In this document: piece after piece, positions 1 through 9,279 of the stretch
Layout: each line of letters begins with the position of its first letter
How positions within the stretch are numbered: position 1 is the stretch's first letter
Position numbers and translations under genes: made by a program
The notes under the pieces: generated by a model
What the model saw: only the letters and a program-made list of their open reading frames with translations
Told to the model about the DNA's origin: nothing
Database searches by the model: none
Assembly: GCA_964012805.1 (NCBI GenBank)
Contig: CAXGUD010000001.1
Coordinates: forward strand, 96,001-160,000
Direction: 5' to 3'
Source of the DNA: an uncultured Bacteriovoracaceae bacterium
Lineage (GTDB): Bacteria; Bdellovibrionota; Bacteriovoracia; Bacteriovoracales; Bacteriovoracaceae
DNA length: 64,000 nucleotides

Positions 1-465
1 TTAGCAGAATTTTGCAGTGGAATTTATAGATGCAGTGGAAATCATATGACCCAACCAAAAGCGAGTGATATGGCCGACACGATGACAAAAGCATTAGAGC
101 TCGCGAATATTACACCCTCCGACATTGATTATATTAATGCTCATGGAACGGGAACTCATAAAGGTGATCAGGAAGAGTCTGATGCTATTTTTCAAACATT
201 TAAAGGACAAACTACACCAGTAAGTAGCCTCAAAGGACATTTTGGTCATAGTTTAGCCGCTTGCGGGGCCATTGAAGTTATATCGATCATTCAGATGATG
301 AAAAAGAAGAAAATCATTGGGACAAGAAACCTAAAAACCCCCCCTAAAAACTCAGGCGAAATCCATTACCTTAAAGACCAAGAAGTTAAAAGCATAAACT
401 ATGCCCTTTCTAACAACTTTGCTTTTGGAGGAATGAATACCTCTATGGTGATAAAAGGAGTTTGA
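1..465 (+). CDS. Beta-ketoacyl-ACP synthase (FabB/F-like, probably aryl-polyene/flexirubin-type KS), C-terminal part; 5' end lies outside the window
   Basis: Frame is open from base 1; motifs INAHGTGT, SLKGHFGHSLAACG and SNNFAFGGMN; abuts an ACP gene. Confidence 0.9.
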   Translation, partial: LAEFCSGIYRCSGNHMTQPKASDMADTMTKALELANITPSDIDYINAHGTGTHKGDQEESDAIFQTFKGQTTPVSSLKGHFGHSLAACGAIEVISIIQMMKKKKIIGTRNLKTPPKNSGEIHYLKDQEVKSINYALSNNFAFGGMNTSMVIKGV

Positions 466-466
466 T

Positions 467-724
467 ATGGAAAAAGCGGACGTTATAGAAAAAATTAACC
501 ATACCTTTATTGAAAATTTCGAGATTGAACCAGAAAAGCTAACCAAGGAAACAAAACTTTTTGAAGACTTAGAACTCGATAGTTTAGACGCCGTCGACAT
601 GATTGTTCACATGGAACAAAACCTTGGTATAAAGGTTGACATTCAAAAGTTTTCAACTGTGAGGACCCTGGATGATGTCTACCAAATGGCCTTCGAGCTT
701 TATTCAGAAAAGAACCTGCAATAG
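467..724 (+). CDS. Acyl carrier protein (aryl-polyene ACP-like)
   Basis: LFEDLELDSLDAVDMIV phosphopantetheine-site motif; SD AGGAG upstream; adjacent to KS. Confidence 0.92.
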   Translation: MEKADVIEKINHTFIENFEIEPEKLTKETKLFEDLELDSLDAVDMIVHMEQNLGIKVDIQKFSTVRTLDDVYQMAFELYSEKNLQ

Positions 725-768
725 GCGAATAGAGCTTTTATTTATCACCCTTTCAAAGAATGCTTTTT

Positions 769-3648
769 TTATTTCTCAGTCAACTTAATACTATTTTCAA
801 GTTCTAATAGAGAATCAACAAGAAATGATTTGAGTTCATTTTGATCATCTGACTCAGTAAAGTTCATAAGGCCCATAAACCAATTTTGTAATTCATTGCC
901 ATCAATATTTGAAATCGTGCTTAGAAAATCATCATACATTTTAGTTCGAAACTCCATTTCTTTTGACTCTATAAGGTACTCAATTTGCTCTTTCAATTTC
1001 TTTAAGTATTTCAGTTCATCTTTACTACAGACATCTTTTTTTCTTTCAAGGTATTTTTTTAAATCATTCTCTGCTTCAGAAAAAAAACTTTTAATCTCGC
1101 TATCACCGGCAATCGTTTCTTCTTCTATTTCAATAATTTCATTTTTTAAAAATTGAGCTAATGTTTCTAATAATTTCTCATTTTGAAAGGGTGATAGCAA
1201 AACGTCATCAAATGACTCTATTTGAGTTTTATTCATTGAGTTTGATAGTTCATCTTTAATGATAAGAAAGGGTATATTTTTTAATTTCGGCAAACATGCT
1301 AAATTTTTTCTTACTGTTAAAGTATCGATTATTCGCAAGTCATTTTCCGCAATAATTAAGTCAGCTTTTTCTTTCATTGCCTTTTTAATTAGTTCCTCTC
1401 CATTTTTAGCAAAAATAAACTCAAATGGCTGGTTTTTAAGTTGTTCTATAAGATCATTTAAGACGTTTTTATTTTTAAAACCTAAGATTATTGTCGCAGG
1501 AGAAAAGATAAGCCCTCCACTCAATCCTTTTAAAACATTTTTTAGGTGGATCTTAAAAGTGTTACCCTTTCCTAAAGAAGATTTAATTGTTAGGTCAGAA
1601 CCTATTTTTAAAAGGAGAACTTTAGAAATATAAAGGCCCATGTGATCGACTTTTTGGTTCTTCTCCTTCTCATTAAATGTATCTAAATATGGAATAAATA
1701 AATTTAGGCAATCCTCTTCTTCAATTCCTTCGGTTTCGTCAATCACCTTTATAATTATATCGTAGGATAGGGGGTTCTCTTTAACCTTATCAAAAGAAAC
1801 ATGGACGTTAATTTTACCGCCCTTATTAGAAATTTCCAAAGAGTTATTAAATACATTTTGGAGAATTTCTCTTATTTTCCTAGCCCCTAATACAAGTGGA
1901 GAAGGAAGTCCTTTATTTTCGTATTTAAGATTAAATGTTATATTCTTATCCTTCCCCTTGTAATTAAAGAAAGAAATTAAATCGTTTAAAATATATCCCA
2001 AATCAATTCCTTTTCTTTCTACACTTTTGCTTTCCACATCATCATGAAAAACTGAATCTCCGACATTGGACAAATCCATTATTTCTCTACAACTGCTACG
2101 AATATTTTTAAGATAGAGCATCTTTTCCTCAGGATTAATTTCTAAATCGAAATTTTCTAAAATATGAACAAAGCTTGTAATATTATTAAGTGGATTTCTC
2201 AAATCATGGCCTAATCTTGCCAAGAAAAGTTCTCTTTCCAAGCTCTTCTTTCTAATTTCATTAATTTCAAATTCAACTTTTTTTGTCTTCTCCTTTAAAA
2301 GATGGGTTGTTGATATTAAATTATGCTGTGCTTGTTTTCTTAAACTTTCGTTTTTCTCTTTATGATACTTTTTTTGAATTTCTTTTTGGTCTTTCATTAA
2401 ATCGATAATCTTTGACTTAGCATCAATTTTTTCTTGATAATTTTCTTTTTTTCTTCTTTCCTGAATTAGAAGAAGACCAATCGTTAAGAAAAAAACCTCG
2501 AAAAAGAAACCCATGATAGGTGTATGACGGGTATAAAAATTACTCGGAATATGACCTAAAACAACGAGTGCGAAAATTAATCCTGCGGCAACGGTTGAAA
2601 AAAGACCCAGAAAAAGAAAGAACTTGTCCGTATTTTTTATTTTTAAATTTAAAAGTAAAAAAATAAGAAGTGCGGGGTAAACAATAAAAATTGATAAAAC
2701 GATGTATTTAGCTGCAATCGCACGAGGCATAAAAAGGATTAAAATAAGTAAAAGGATGGTAAGAGATTTTAAGAAATTAAAAAAAAGGATCATTATTTTT
2801 CCACGAAAGGAATCTTCAGATTTTAAAATATTTTGGAAGAAATAAACTAAAGAAACCATCGAAATGATTAGTATGATATCCATACCTGTATTATTGAAAA
2901 AAACCATATTTTTCGTTATATAAACTGGCAGGATCCCAAGCCCCAAGGACAAACAAATTGCCATAAAAAAAGCATGATTAAAATAAAGTAAATAGACTTT
3001 TTCATTTTCAAATACTGCCAAATAACCGATAAAGAAAACCATCAGGGTAAGAGTCCCCAAAACTAATCCTTTTACAAGATTATTTTTAGACTGCGCTTCT
3101 GCAAAAGATTTATATGAATAAATGATCAGAACCGGTTGTTTTGCAAAGCCACCGATTTTAAAGTAAAAGACATCCTCCGCTTCTTTAGAAGTTTTTAAAA
3201 AAAAGTTAAAGCCGTCTACTTCGAATTGTCTTTTCGATAAAGCTTCATAATCACCGGTTTTTTCTTCTCCATACTTTCCTGTTTTTTTATCTTTTTGATA
3301 AAACCAAATGTGATCTTGAGTGACAAAGTCGTAAGATAAAACCCATCTTTTATCTTCACTAAGGTCTTTAACCTTTAACTTTAACCAATAATAGCGATCT
3401 TTAATACCCAAGTTTGGAAAATTTGTTTTTAAAGGTATGAATTTTTCTTGAATATCCTTAGTTAATATATTTTCTATTTTAAGTTTTTTTGTTGGGTCTT
3501 CAAAATAGGATATTTTTGAACTTATCCGAATTGATTCTAAATTATTTGTTAGATGAATGACCTGACTTTTTTCAGTGCCTAAAAGCGCTGTACTCAGAAA
3601 TAAAAAAGTAAAGCAAAATAATTTTATAATCATTTTTTCTTTATTCAC
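769..3648 (-). CDS. 7TMR-DISM sensor hybrid histidine kinase-like protein with degenerate HATPase and pseudo-receiver
   Basis: Signal peptide; DISMED2-like region (YFEDPTKKL..YWLKL); seven hydrophobic segments; H-box LGHDLRNPL; altered G-boxes; REC-like C-terminus. Confidence 0.8.
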   Translation of the reverse strand: MNKEKMIIKLFCFTFLFLSTALLGTEKSQVIHLTNNLESIRISSKISYFEDPTKKLKIENILTKDIQEKFIPLKTNFPNLGIKDRYYWLKLKVKDLSEDKRWVLSYDFVTQDHIWFYQKDKKTGKYGEEKTGDYEALSKRQFEVDGFNFFLKTSKEAEDVFYFKIGGFAKQPVLIIYSYKSFAEAQSKNNLVKGLVLGTLTLMVFFIGYLAVFENEKVYLLYFNHAFFMAICLSLGLGILPVYITKNMVFFNNTGMDIILIISMVSLVYFFQNILKSEDSFRGKIMILFFNFLKSLTILLLILILFMPRAIAAKYIVLSIFIVYPALLIFLLLNLKIKNTDKFFLFLGLFSTVAAGLIFALVVLGHIPSNFYTRHTPIMGFFFEVFFLTIGLLLIQERRKKENYQEKIDAKSKIIDLMKDQKEIQKKYHKEKNESLRKQAQHNLISTTHLLKEKTKKVEFEINEIRKKSLERELFLARLGHDLRNPLNNITSFVHILENFDLEINPEEKMLYLKNIRSSCREIMDLSNVGDSVFHDDVESKSVERKGIDLGYILNDLISFFNYKGKDKNITFNLKYENKGLPSPLVLGARKIREILQNVFNNSLEISNKGGKINVHVSFDKVKENPLSYDIIIKVIDETEGIEEEDCLNLFIPYLDTFNEKEKNQKVDHMGLYISKVLLLKIGSDLTIKSSLGKGNTFKIHLKNVLKGLSGGLIFSPATIILGFKNKNVLNDLIEQLKNQPFEFIFAKNGEELIKKAMKEKADLIIAENDLRIIDTLTVRKNLACLPKLKNIPFLIIKDELSNSMNKTQIESFDDVLLSPFQNEKLLETLAQFLKNEIIEIEEETIAGDSEIKSFFSEAENDLKKYLERKKDVCSKDELKYLKKLKEQIEYLIESKEMEFRTKMYDDFLSTISNIDGNELQNWFMGLMNFTESDDQNELKSFLVDSLLELENSIKLTEK

Positions 3649-4310
3649 TTAAGAAAATAATTGAACCTGAATTTATTATACATCTTTTATACATTTTTTT
3701 TTTTTCAAATATATGGTTAAAAAATATTTTTTTTATTTTTTAGATTGTGAAAAAAACGTTTTATTTCCTGAGGAAATTTCATTTAAACCTTATTTTTTTC
3801 ATATAAACTTTTTACTTCTCTTCTGCTTTCTCAAGACAGGGTATTGAGATAAGAGAAAACGGTAAAATTCAAAACAGGTTTGAAACCTATTATGGTGTTT
3901 TTATCATAAAAAACTTAATTCTCTTTTTGATTTAACTTTAAATAGATATCACTCTTTTTAAATTGATATGAATCATCCATTACCTAGCTGAAATACTTTC
4001 AAGATAGTTTTAGTATAAAAGACACTATCTTTAAAAAACTTTAGGCCTCTACTTCTATGATTTATTTTTTATTTATAGGTCCGTTTTAAATTCGATTTTT
4101 CCTAAAGAAATGAAACAATAAATTTTATTGGTTCATAGAAATTGGGTAGAAACCTCCATGGGCCGAATTGACACACCCTGTAATTTGTACTAACTGGACC
4201 TAAAATTCTTTCCTTCACTCCTAAAATGAACTATTTAGAGATTATTAAATAATGTTTTAGTTCTGATTTCTTAGACTTTGAGGCCCTAACTTTAAAAACC
4301 TTTTTATATT

Positions 4311-7300
4311 TTGGAATTAAATGTGAAATACCTTCTCTCTCTTCTTTTAACATTTTTCTTAGCATTTGGTGGGAATGCAGAGCAACCGCTTGACCCCCAT
4401 AGGGCCATTGAATTAATCGAGGGGAAGAATTACTATGAGCTTGGCCTTAAAATAGATCTTTTAGAAGATGAATCAAAAAAGCTTACCATTAAAGATATTC
4501 TAAGTTCTAAATACGCTAAACAATTCAAAAGAAGTAAAAAAGAGGTTCCAAGTTTTGGCTTTAAAAAAGCAAACTTTTGGGCAAAAGTAACTCTCTTAAA
4601 TAATACAAAAAGCCAAAAAAGCTGGCTTTTTCACCAGCAAAACTACACACAAGATGAAATCACTGTTTACCGGAATACAGAAGGTCAATGGAGGAGCTCA
4701 ACCACTGGAGATTTTTTCCCTTTCAAAACTAGGGAAGTAGACGCTCGTTCTTTTTCTTTTCACATAGATGCCCCTGTAAATAAGGTCACTGTTTTTTATG
4801 TCAAAATAACTGGTGTTGTTAATAGAATGCTTTTCACCTTAACAACCCCGACCCATTTTGCAGAAGAAGAGGCCAAAGACAACTATGTTATGGGACTCTT
4901 TTTTGGGCTTATCTTAACAATCATTGCCCTTAACTCTGTCCTCTACCTATCGACTAAAGAAAAGGGTTACCTTTACTACGTTTTATATGTCCTTACCTTT
5001 GGTTTTGCCTTAGCGATTAACCTTGGTTTTGCCCAAAAGTTTATTTTTAAAGACTTTCACTGGATGAATAATAAAGGCTTTGCCATAGTCTCTTTATTTA
5101 CAAGTCTTTTTCTAAGCCTCTTCACCATTACGTTTCTTAAACTTGAAAAGGCTACTCCTAAACTTTATAAATTACTCAAAGGTTTTGCATGGGTCAGTCT
5201 TACTTTAATCATCCTTACGCCAATCCTTCCCTATAGTTTAGGGTTAAAGTTTTTTCTAGGTGCCATTTTTATCGTCACCCCAATCGTCATTTTTTCAGGC
5301 ATTTACAGATCCCGAATGAGATACAGGCCAGCTAAACACTTCGTCGTTGCCTTTGGTTTATGGATATTTGGAACGCTGATTACAGTTTTTGCAGTTATTG
5401 GCGTCTTGCCAACAAACTTTCTTACGAAAAACTCAATGCTTATAGGGAATGCTCTTGAGCTTGTTATTTTATCAATTGGACTAGCTGATAAGTTTAACTT
5501 TATTTTAAAAGAGGCCCTCCTGAAAGAAGAAAGGGCCGCCAGAAACCTGAAGAGAGAAGTTGAGAGACAAACAGTAGAACTGAGAAAGAAAACGGAACAA
5601 CTTCAAGACTTGGACCAGAAAAAAACGTCTTTTTTCCAAAATATTTCCCATGAGTTAAGAACACCATTAACCCTCATTATGAACCCTTTAGAAAGCCTTA
5701 AAAAGCGCTACAATGAGGATAGGGATATTCAAGTTGCAGATAAAAATACAAAGCGCCTATACAGACTTGTCAATCAGCTTTTAGATTTTCAAAAGTTATC
5801 TGCAGGGAAAAAAGAGCTAAGCCTAAGTAAAGTTAACTTAGTTAAGTTTATTAATAACTGCGCTGATATGTTTAAATCAAGCTGCTCTATCAAGGACATC
5901 GCCTTTAAAGTCACTTTAAATGGCAAGGATTTCTCAAACACAGACCTCAATTCAAAAGACTTTTTTATCCAGGGAGAAATTGATGCCCTCGAAAAAATAG
6001 TTTTTAATTATTTATCCAATGCTCTTAAATACTCACCTGAAAAGTCTATGATCACATTGGGCCTATCCAATAAAGAAGGGGAAGTTAAGGTTTCAGTTAA
6101 AGATGAGGGAAGAGGAATTTCTAAAAGTAATCAAAATAAATTATTTCAAGTCTTTAGCCAGGTTGATGACTCCGACACAAGAAAGTTTGAAGGAACTGGG
6201 CTTGGTTTAGCTCTTGCAAAAGAACTCGCCGAGCATATGAAAGGAATTGTTGGCGTTGATAGTGAGGAAGGAAAAGGCTCCCTATTTTGGGTAAGTTTCC
6301 CAGAGTGCACAAAACCCCACTTGGAAGAGGACCTAAGTATCCAGAATCATGAGATTAAACAATGGCATTTAAATGGCGTTGCAGACCAAAATGATGAAGA
6401 CGAACAAATGGAATCAATAGATTCAAAAGTTGATTCCTCTGAAATAATAAGTAAGCAGCAAACAGTCTTAATTGTAGATGACCTCAAAGATATGAGAGGA
6501 CTCATCTCTAGAGCTCTTAAAAGACATAACTACAGGACTCTTTTGGCACAAAATGGTGAACAAGGACTTGAAATGGCCAAGGCCCATAAACCAGACATCA
6601 TCATCAGTGATTGGATGATGCCAAAAGTGAGCGGTCCTGAAATGATAAAACAGTTAAAAAATGAGCCGAACTTTGCCTCTATCCCTATCATTCTATTAAC
6701 GGCCAAAAGCGATGAAGACAGTAAAATGATGGGTATTGAAGTCGGTGCAGATGGGTTTCTTGGTAAACCTTTTAATGACCAGGAACTCGTCAGTCTAGTA
6801 AGAAACCTCCTCTCTCTTAAAAATAGGGAAAAAGAAGTTGAGGCCTTAAACCACCAACTTACTGAAAAAGTCTTGAAGCGTTACCTACCACCTGATCTCG
6901 TTGAGCAAATTATTTCTGGGGAAACAAGCCTTGAGCAAAAACCAGAAGGTATTGTAGGAACAATCCTATTCTCTGACATTGTAGGCTTTACCAAGTTGAG
7001 TGGGGACATAAGGGCCTCAAAACTATCAAGACTCTTAAATGACTATCTTTCAGAGATGGTTCAAATTATTTACAAACATGGTGGTACTATAGATAAATTT
7101 ATAGGAGATGCCATCATGGTTATCTTTGGAGCTCCAACACCTCTTTTACCAAAAGAGCAGGCCTTAAGAGCAGCAGCTTGTGCCAAAGAGATGCAGGCCA
7201 AAATGGTCGATTTAAACAATAGGTGGAACGAAGAAGATATCCCAACCCTTAAAATGAGGATTGGTATCCACCAAGGACCCCTCGTAGTAGGGACATTTGG

Positions 7301-7502
7301 CTGCCCTGAAAGGTCAGATTACACCTCTATTGGACCAACCGTTAATATCGCCTCAAGAATTGAGTCCGTTTGTAGCGCTGGGGATGTTTTTATTTCTGGA
7401 GAGCTTTGTGACCTTCTCCCTGAAGAAATGACTGAAAAAGCTGGTCGCTTCGAACTTAAAGGAATCGGGGTAGAGCAAAACCTTTATAAAGTTATTCAAT
7501 AA
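4311..7502 (+). CDS. 7TMR-DISM hybrid histidine kinase-REC-class III adenylate cyclase (start may be GTG at 4323)
   Basis: ISHELRTPL, NYLSNALKY, DEGRG, GTGLGL; REC (IVDD, SDWMMP, LTAK, KPF); cyclase LFSDIVGFT, DKFIGDAIM, DYTSIGPTVNIASRIE. Confidence 0.93.
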   Translation: MELNVKYLLSLLLTFFLAFGGNAEQPLDPHRAIELIEGKNYYELGLKIDLLEDESKKLTIKDILSSKYAKQFKRSKKEVPSFGFKKANFWAKVTLLNNTKSQKSWLFHQQNYTQDEITVYRNTEGQWRSSTTGDFFPFKTREVDARSFSFHIDAPVNKVTVFYVKITGVVNRMLFTLTTPTHFAEEEAKDNYVMGLFFGLILTIIALNSVLYLSTKEKGYLYYVLYVLTFGFALAINLGFAQKFIFKDFHWMNNKGFAIVSLFTSLFLSLFTITFLKLEKATPKLYKLLKGFAWVSLTLIILTPILPYSLGLKFFLGAIFIVTPIVIFSGIYRSRMRYRPAKHFVVAFGLWIFGTLITVFAVIGVLPTNFLTKNSMLIGNALELVILSIGLADKFNFILKEALLKEERAARNLKREVERQTVELRKKTEQLQDLDQKKTSFFQNISHELRTPLTLIMNPLESLKKRYNEDRDIQVADKNTKRLYRLVNQLLDFQKLSAGKKELSLSKVNLVKFINNCADMFKSSCSIKDIAFKVTLNGKDFSNTDLNSKDFFIQGEIDALEKIVFNYLSNALKYSPEKSMITLGLSNKEGEVKVSVKDEGRGISKSNQNKLFQVFSQVDDSDTRKFEGTGLGLALAKELAEHMKGIVGVDSEEGKGSLFWVSFPECTKPHLEEDLSIQNHEIKQWHLNGVADQNDEDEQMESIDSKVDSSEIISKQQTVLIVDDLKDMRGLISRALKRHNYRTLLAQNGEQGLEMAKAHKPDIIISDWMMPKVSGPEMIKQLKNEPNFASIPIILLTAKSDEDSKMMGIEVGADGFLGKPFNDQELVSLVRNLLSLKNREKEVEALNHQLTEKVLKRYLPPDLVEQIISGETSLEQKPEGIVGTILFSDIVGFTKLSGDIRASKLSRLLNDYLSEMVQIIYKHGGTIDKFIGDAIMVIFGAPTPLLPKEQALRAAACAKEMQAKMVDLNNRWNEEDIPTLKMRIGIHQGPLVVGTFGCPERSDYTSIGPTVNIASRIESVCSAGDVFISGELCDLLPEEMTEKAGRFELKGIGVEQNLYKVIQ

Positions 7503-7647
7503 GCTCAATCTAAGTTCAGTCAATCCTTCAATCAATAGAATCATGCTTTAAGAACATAAGGACTCAACTTATATAAAGCGAAACAAAAACCTATAATTCC
7601 TAATACCTGTCCGAAAAAAAGTTAAAACATCTGAAAAAAAGACAAAA

Positions 7648-7674
7648 AAAAGGGCCTCTATTTAAGGCCCTTTT
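7648..7674. terminator. Bidirectional intrinsic terminator
   Basis: AAAAGGGCCT-ctattta-AGGCCCTTTT hairpin between convergent genes. Confidence 0.75.
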
Positions 7675-7719
7675 AATTATTTTAATGCTTTAAAATCATC
7701 GATTTATTTTTTCATTTTT

Positions 7720-8073
7720 TTATAATGATACCTCATCATTACGACTTCTTACTCTTTTCACCAAAGACTTAGTTAGTGCCTGAGACCAAGCTGGAAGCTC
7801 TTGAAAAAGCTTTTGAAACTTTTCTGAAGGGATAACGGCCAACTCAGTTTCTTCAACCGTATAAACGCTTGCTGAGCGGGGTTTTTTATCAAAGTAAGAG
7901 ATCTCTCCTACAATTTCACCAGGTGTTACAAACCCTAAAACAACTTCTTCACCATCGAAGACTTTTGTTACTTTTAGTTTTCCAGACTTAACAAAGTACA
8001 TCTGCCTACTTACTTCACCTTCTCTAAAAATTACTTCGCCTTCTTCAAGCTTAATAATGTCTAATTTTGTCAT
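7720..8073 (-). CDS. Stand-alone cyclic nucleotide-binding domain protein
   Basis: IFREGE, MYFVKSG, GEIVGEISYFDKKPRSASV phosphate-binding cassette; no HTH. Confidence 0.9.
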   Translation of the reverse strand: MTKLDIIKLEEGEVIFREGEVSRQMYFVKSGKLKVTKVFDGEEVVLGFVTPGEIVGEISYFDKKPRSASVYTVEETELAVIPSEKFQKLFQELPAWSQALTKSLVKRVRSRNDEVSL

Positions 8074-8291
8074 AATTCAAATCTCCAAAAAGGCTTCATT
8101 TAAACCCTTAAATTAAACTTAGCTCAGTAAACCAGAAAAAGGTGTAAGATCCAATAATAAACAGTATTTAATGAAAAGTTTCCATAGAGCTTTTTAAATA
8201 AACTTTATTTATATAATGAAACAACTGTTGTCATTTTCTAAAAGGCAGATTAAGAATTTAGAAAATTGAAAAAATTTGAAAAAGAAAACCA

Positions 8292-8894
8292 ATGAATTTA
8301 AAAAGAAGATTTATTAGCTCAAATGTACCCAAACCAAGAACACAATCATTGCCTAGTTTTGACCGAAAAATGCCTCTTTTTCTTGAAATAGGCTGTGGCG
8401 TGGGTTTTCATCCTCTACAGTTCTCTAAACAAAACCCTAAGCACCAGATGATTGCCATTGAACAAACGACTAATAAATTTTCCAAATTTTATAAAAGATA
8501 CCTTAACCACCAGTGCCCTGAAAACCTATACCCCTTTCATGATAATGCAGTTCATTTCATAACTCACCTGATAAAAAAAGAGACCATTCATAAATACTTC
8601 ATCCTCTACCCAAACCCTAACCCAAAAAAATCTGACCAAAACAAAAGATGGCATGCCATGCCCTTTATGGGAAAACTTTTAGAAACTATGGTTCCAGGTG
8701 GGATTATTGAGTTTGCTACTAATGAATCTTTTTATGCTGAAGAATGCTATGAATGGATGACTAACGTTTGGGAGCTTGAAGCTCTCGAATACAAAACCAT
8801 TCCTCATAATTTTCCCCCGAGAACACATTTTGAAAAAAAGTACCTTAAAAGAGAACAAAAATGCTTTAACCTCACATTCAAAAAACCTTCCTGA
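8292..8894 (+). CDS. trmB: tRNA (guanine-N7)-methyltransferase TrmB-like
   Basis: LEIGCGVG SAM motif, YPNPNPKK (variant of FPDPWPK), THFEKKY. Confidence 0.75.
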   Translation: MNLKRRFISSNVPKPRTQSLPSFDRKMPLFLEIGCGVGFHPLQFSKQNPKHQMIAIEQTTNKFSKFYKRYLNHQCPENLYPFHDNAVHFITHLIKKETIHKYFILYPNPNPKKSDQNKRWHAMPFMGKLLETMVPGGIIEFATNESFYAEECYEWMTNVWELEALEYKTIPHNFPPRTHFEKKYLKREQKCFNLTFKKPS

Positions 8895-9003
8895 GGAAAC
8901 TTTTTCACCAATCTAAAGTAATTCTTTGACACACTTAAGTTAAAATCCTTTTTTCCGTAAAAAGAGAGAGATTTTGTTTAATGTTTTGGCCCTGGTGTAT
9001 GTA

Positions 9004-9228
9004 ATGAAAAAAACTTCCAATTTTTACTTCAATTGCCTCCTCATAACGACTTTTATCTTTTTATATTCCTGCGGTGGCAAAGAATATCCCAAAACACATG
9101 AAGGAAGGTGTAAAAAAAATTGTTCCACAAAATGGGAAGAGGCCAACAGGGAATGCAAGCCTAAAAGAGGAATTGATAAAGAGCTTTGCCTTAAACACAC
9201 ATTTTGGAAACTTAATGACTGGATGTAA
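9004..9228 (+). CDS. Small Cys-containing putative lipoprotein
   Basis: MKK, hydrophobic stretch, LYSC lipobox; CxxxC and further Cys; hairpin immediately after the stop. Confidence 0.55.
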   Translation: MKKTSNFYFNCLLITTFIFLYSCGGKEYPKTHEGRCKKNCSTKWEEANRECKPKRGIDKELCLKHTFWKLNDWM

Positions 9229-9250
9229 GGGCCCTTTTATTAAGGCCCTT
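9227..9250. terminator. Terminator-like hairpin
   Basis: AAGGGCC...GGCCCTT between convergent genes. Confidence 0.5.
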
Positions 9251-9279
9251 CTCGATTCGAAATTTTTAGTTTGGTTATT

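Noticed and set aside
3649..4310. Hidden gene or ncRNA in the long divergent spacer (weak hairpins near 3815-3857 and 4001-4031)
   Set aside because: Very AT-rich, no credible ORF, and the hairpins are imperfect and could be chance
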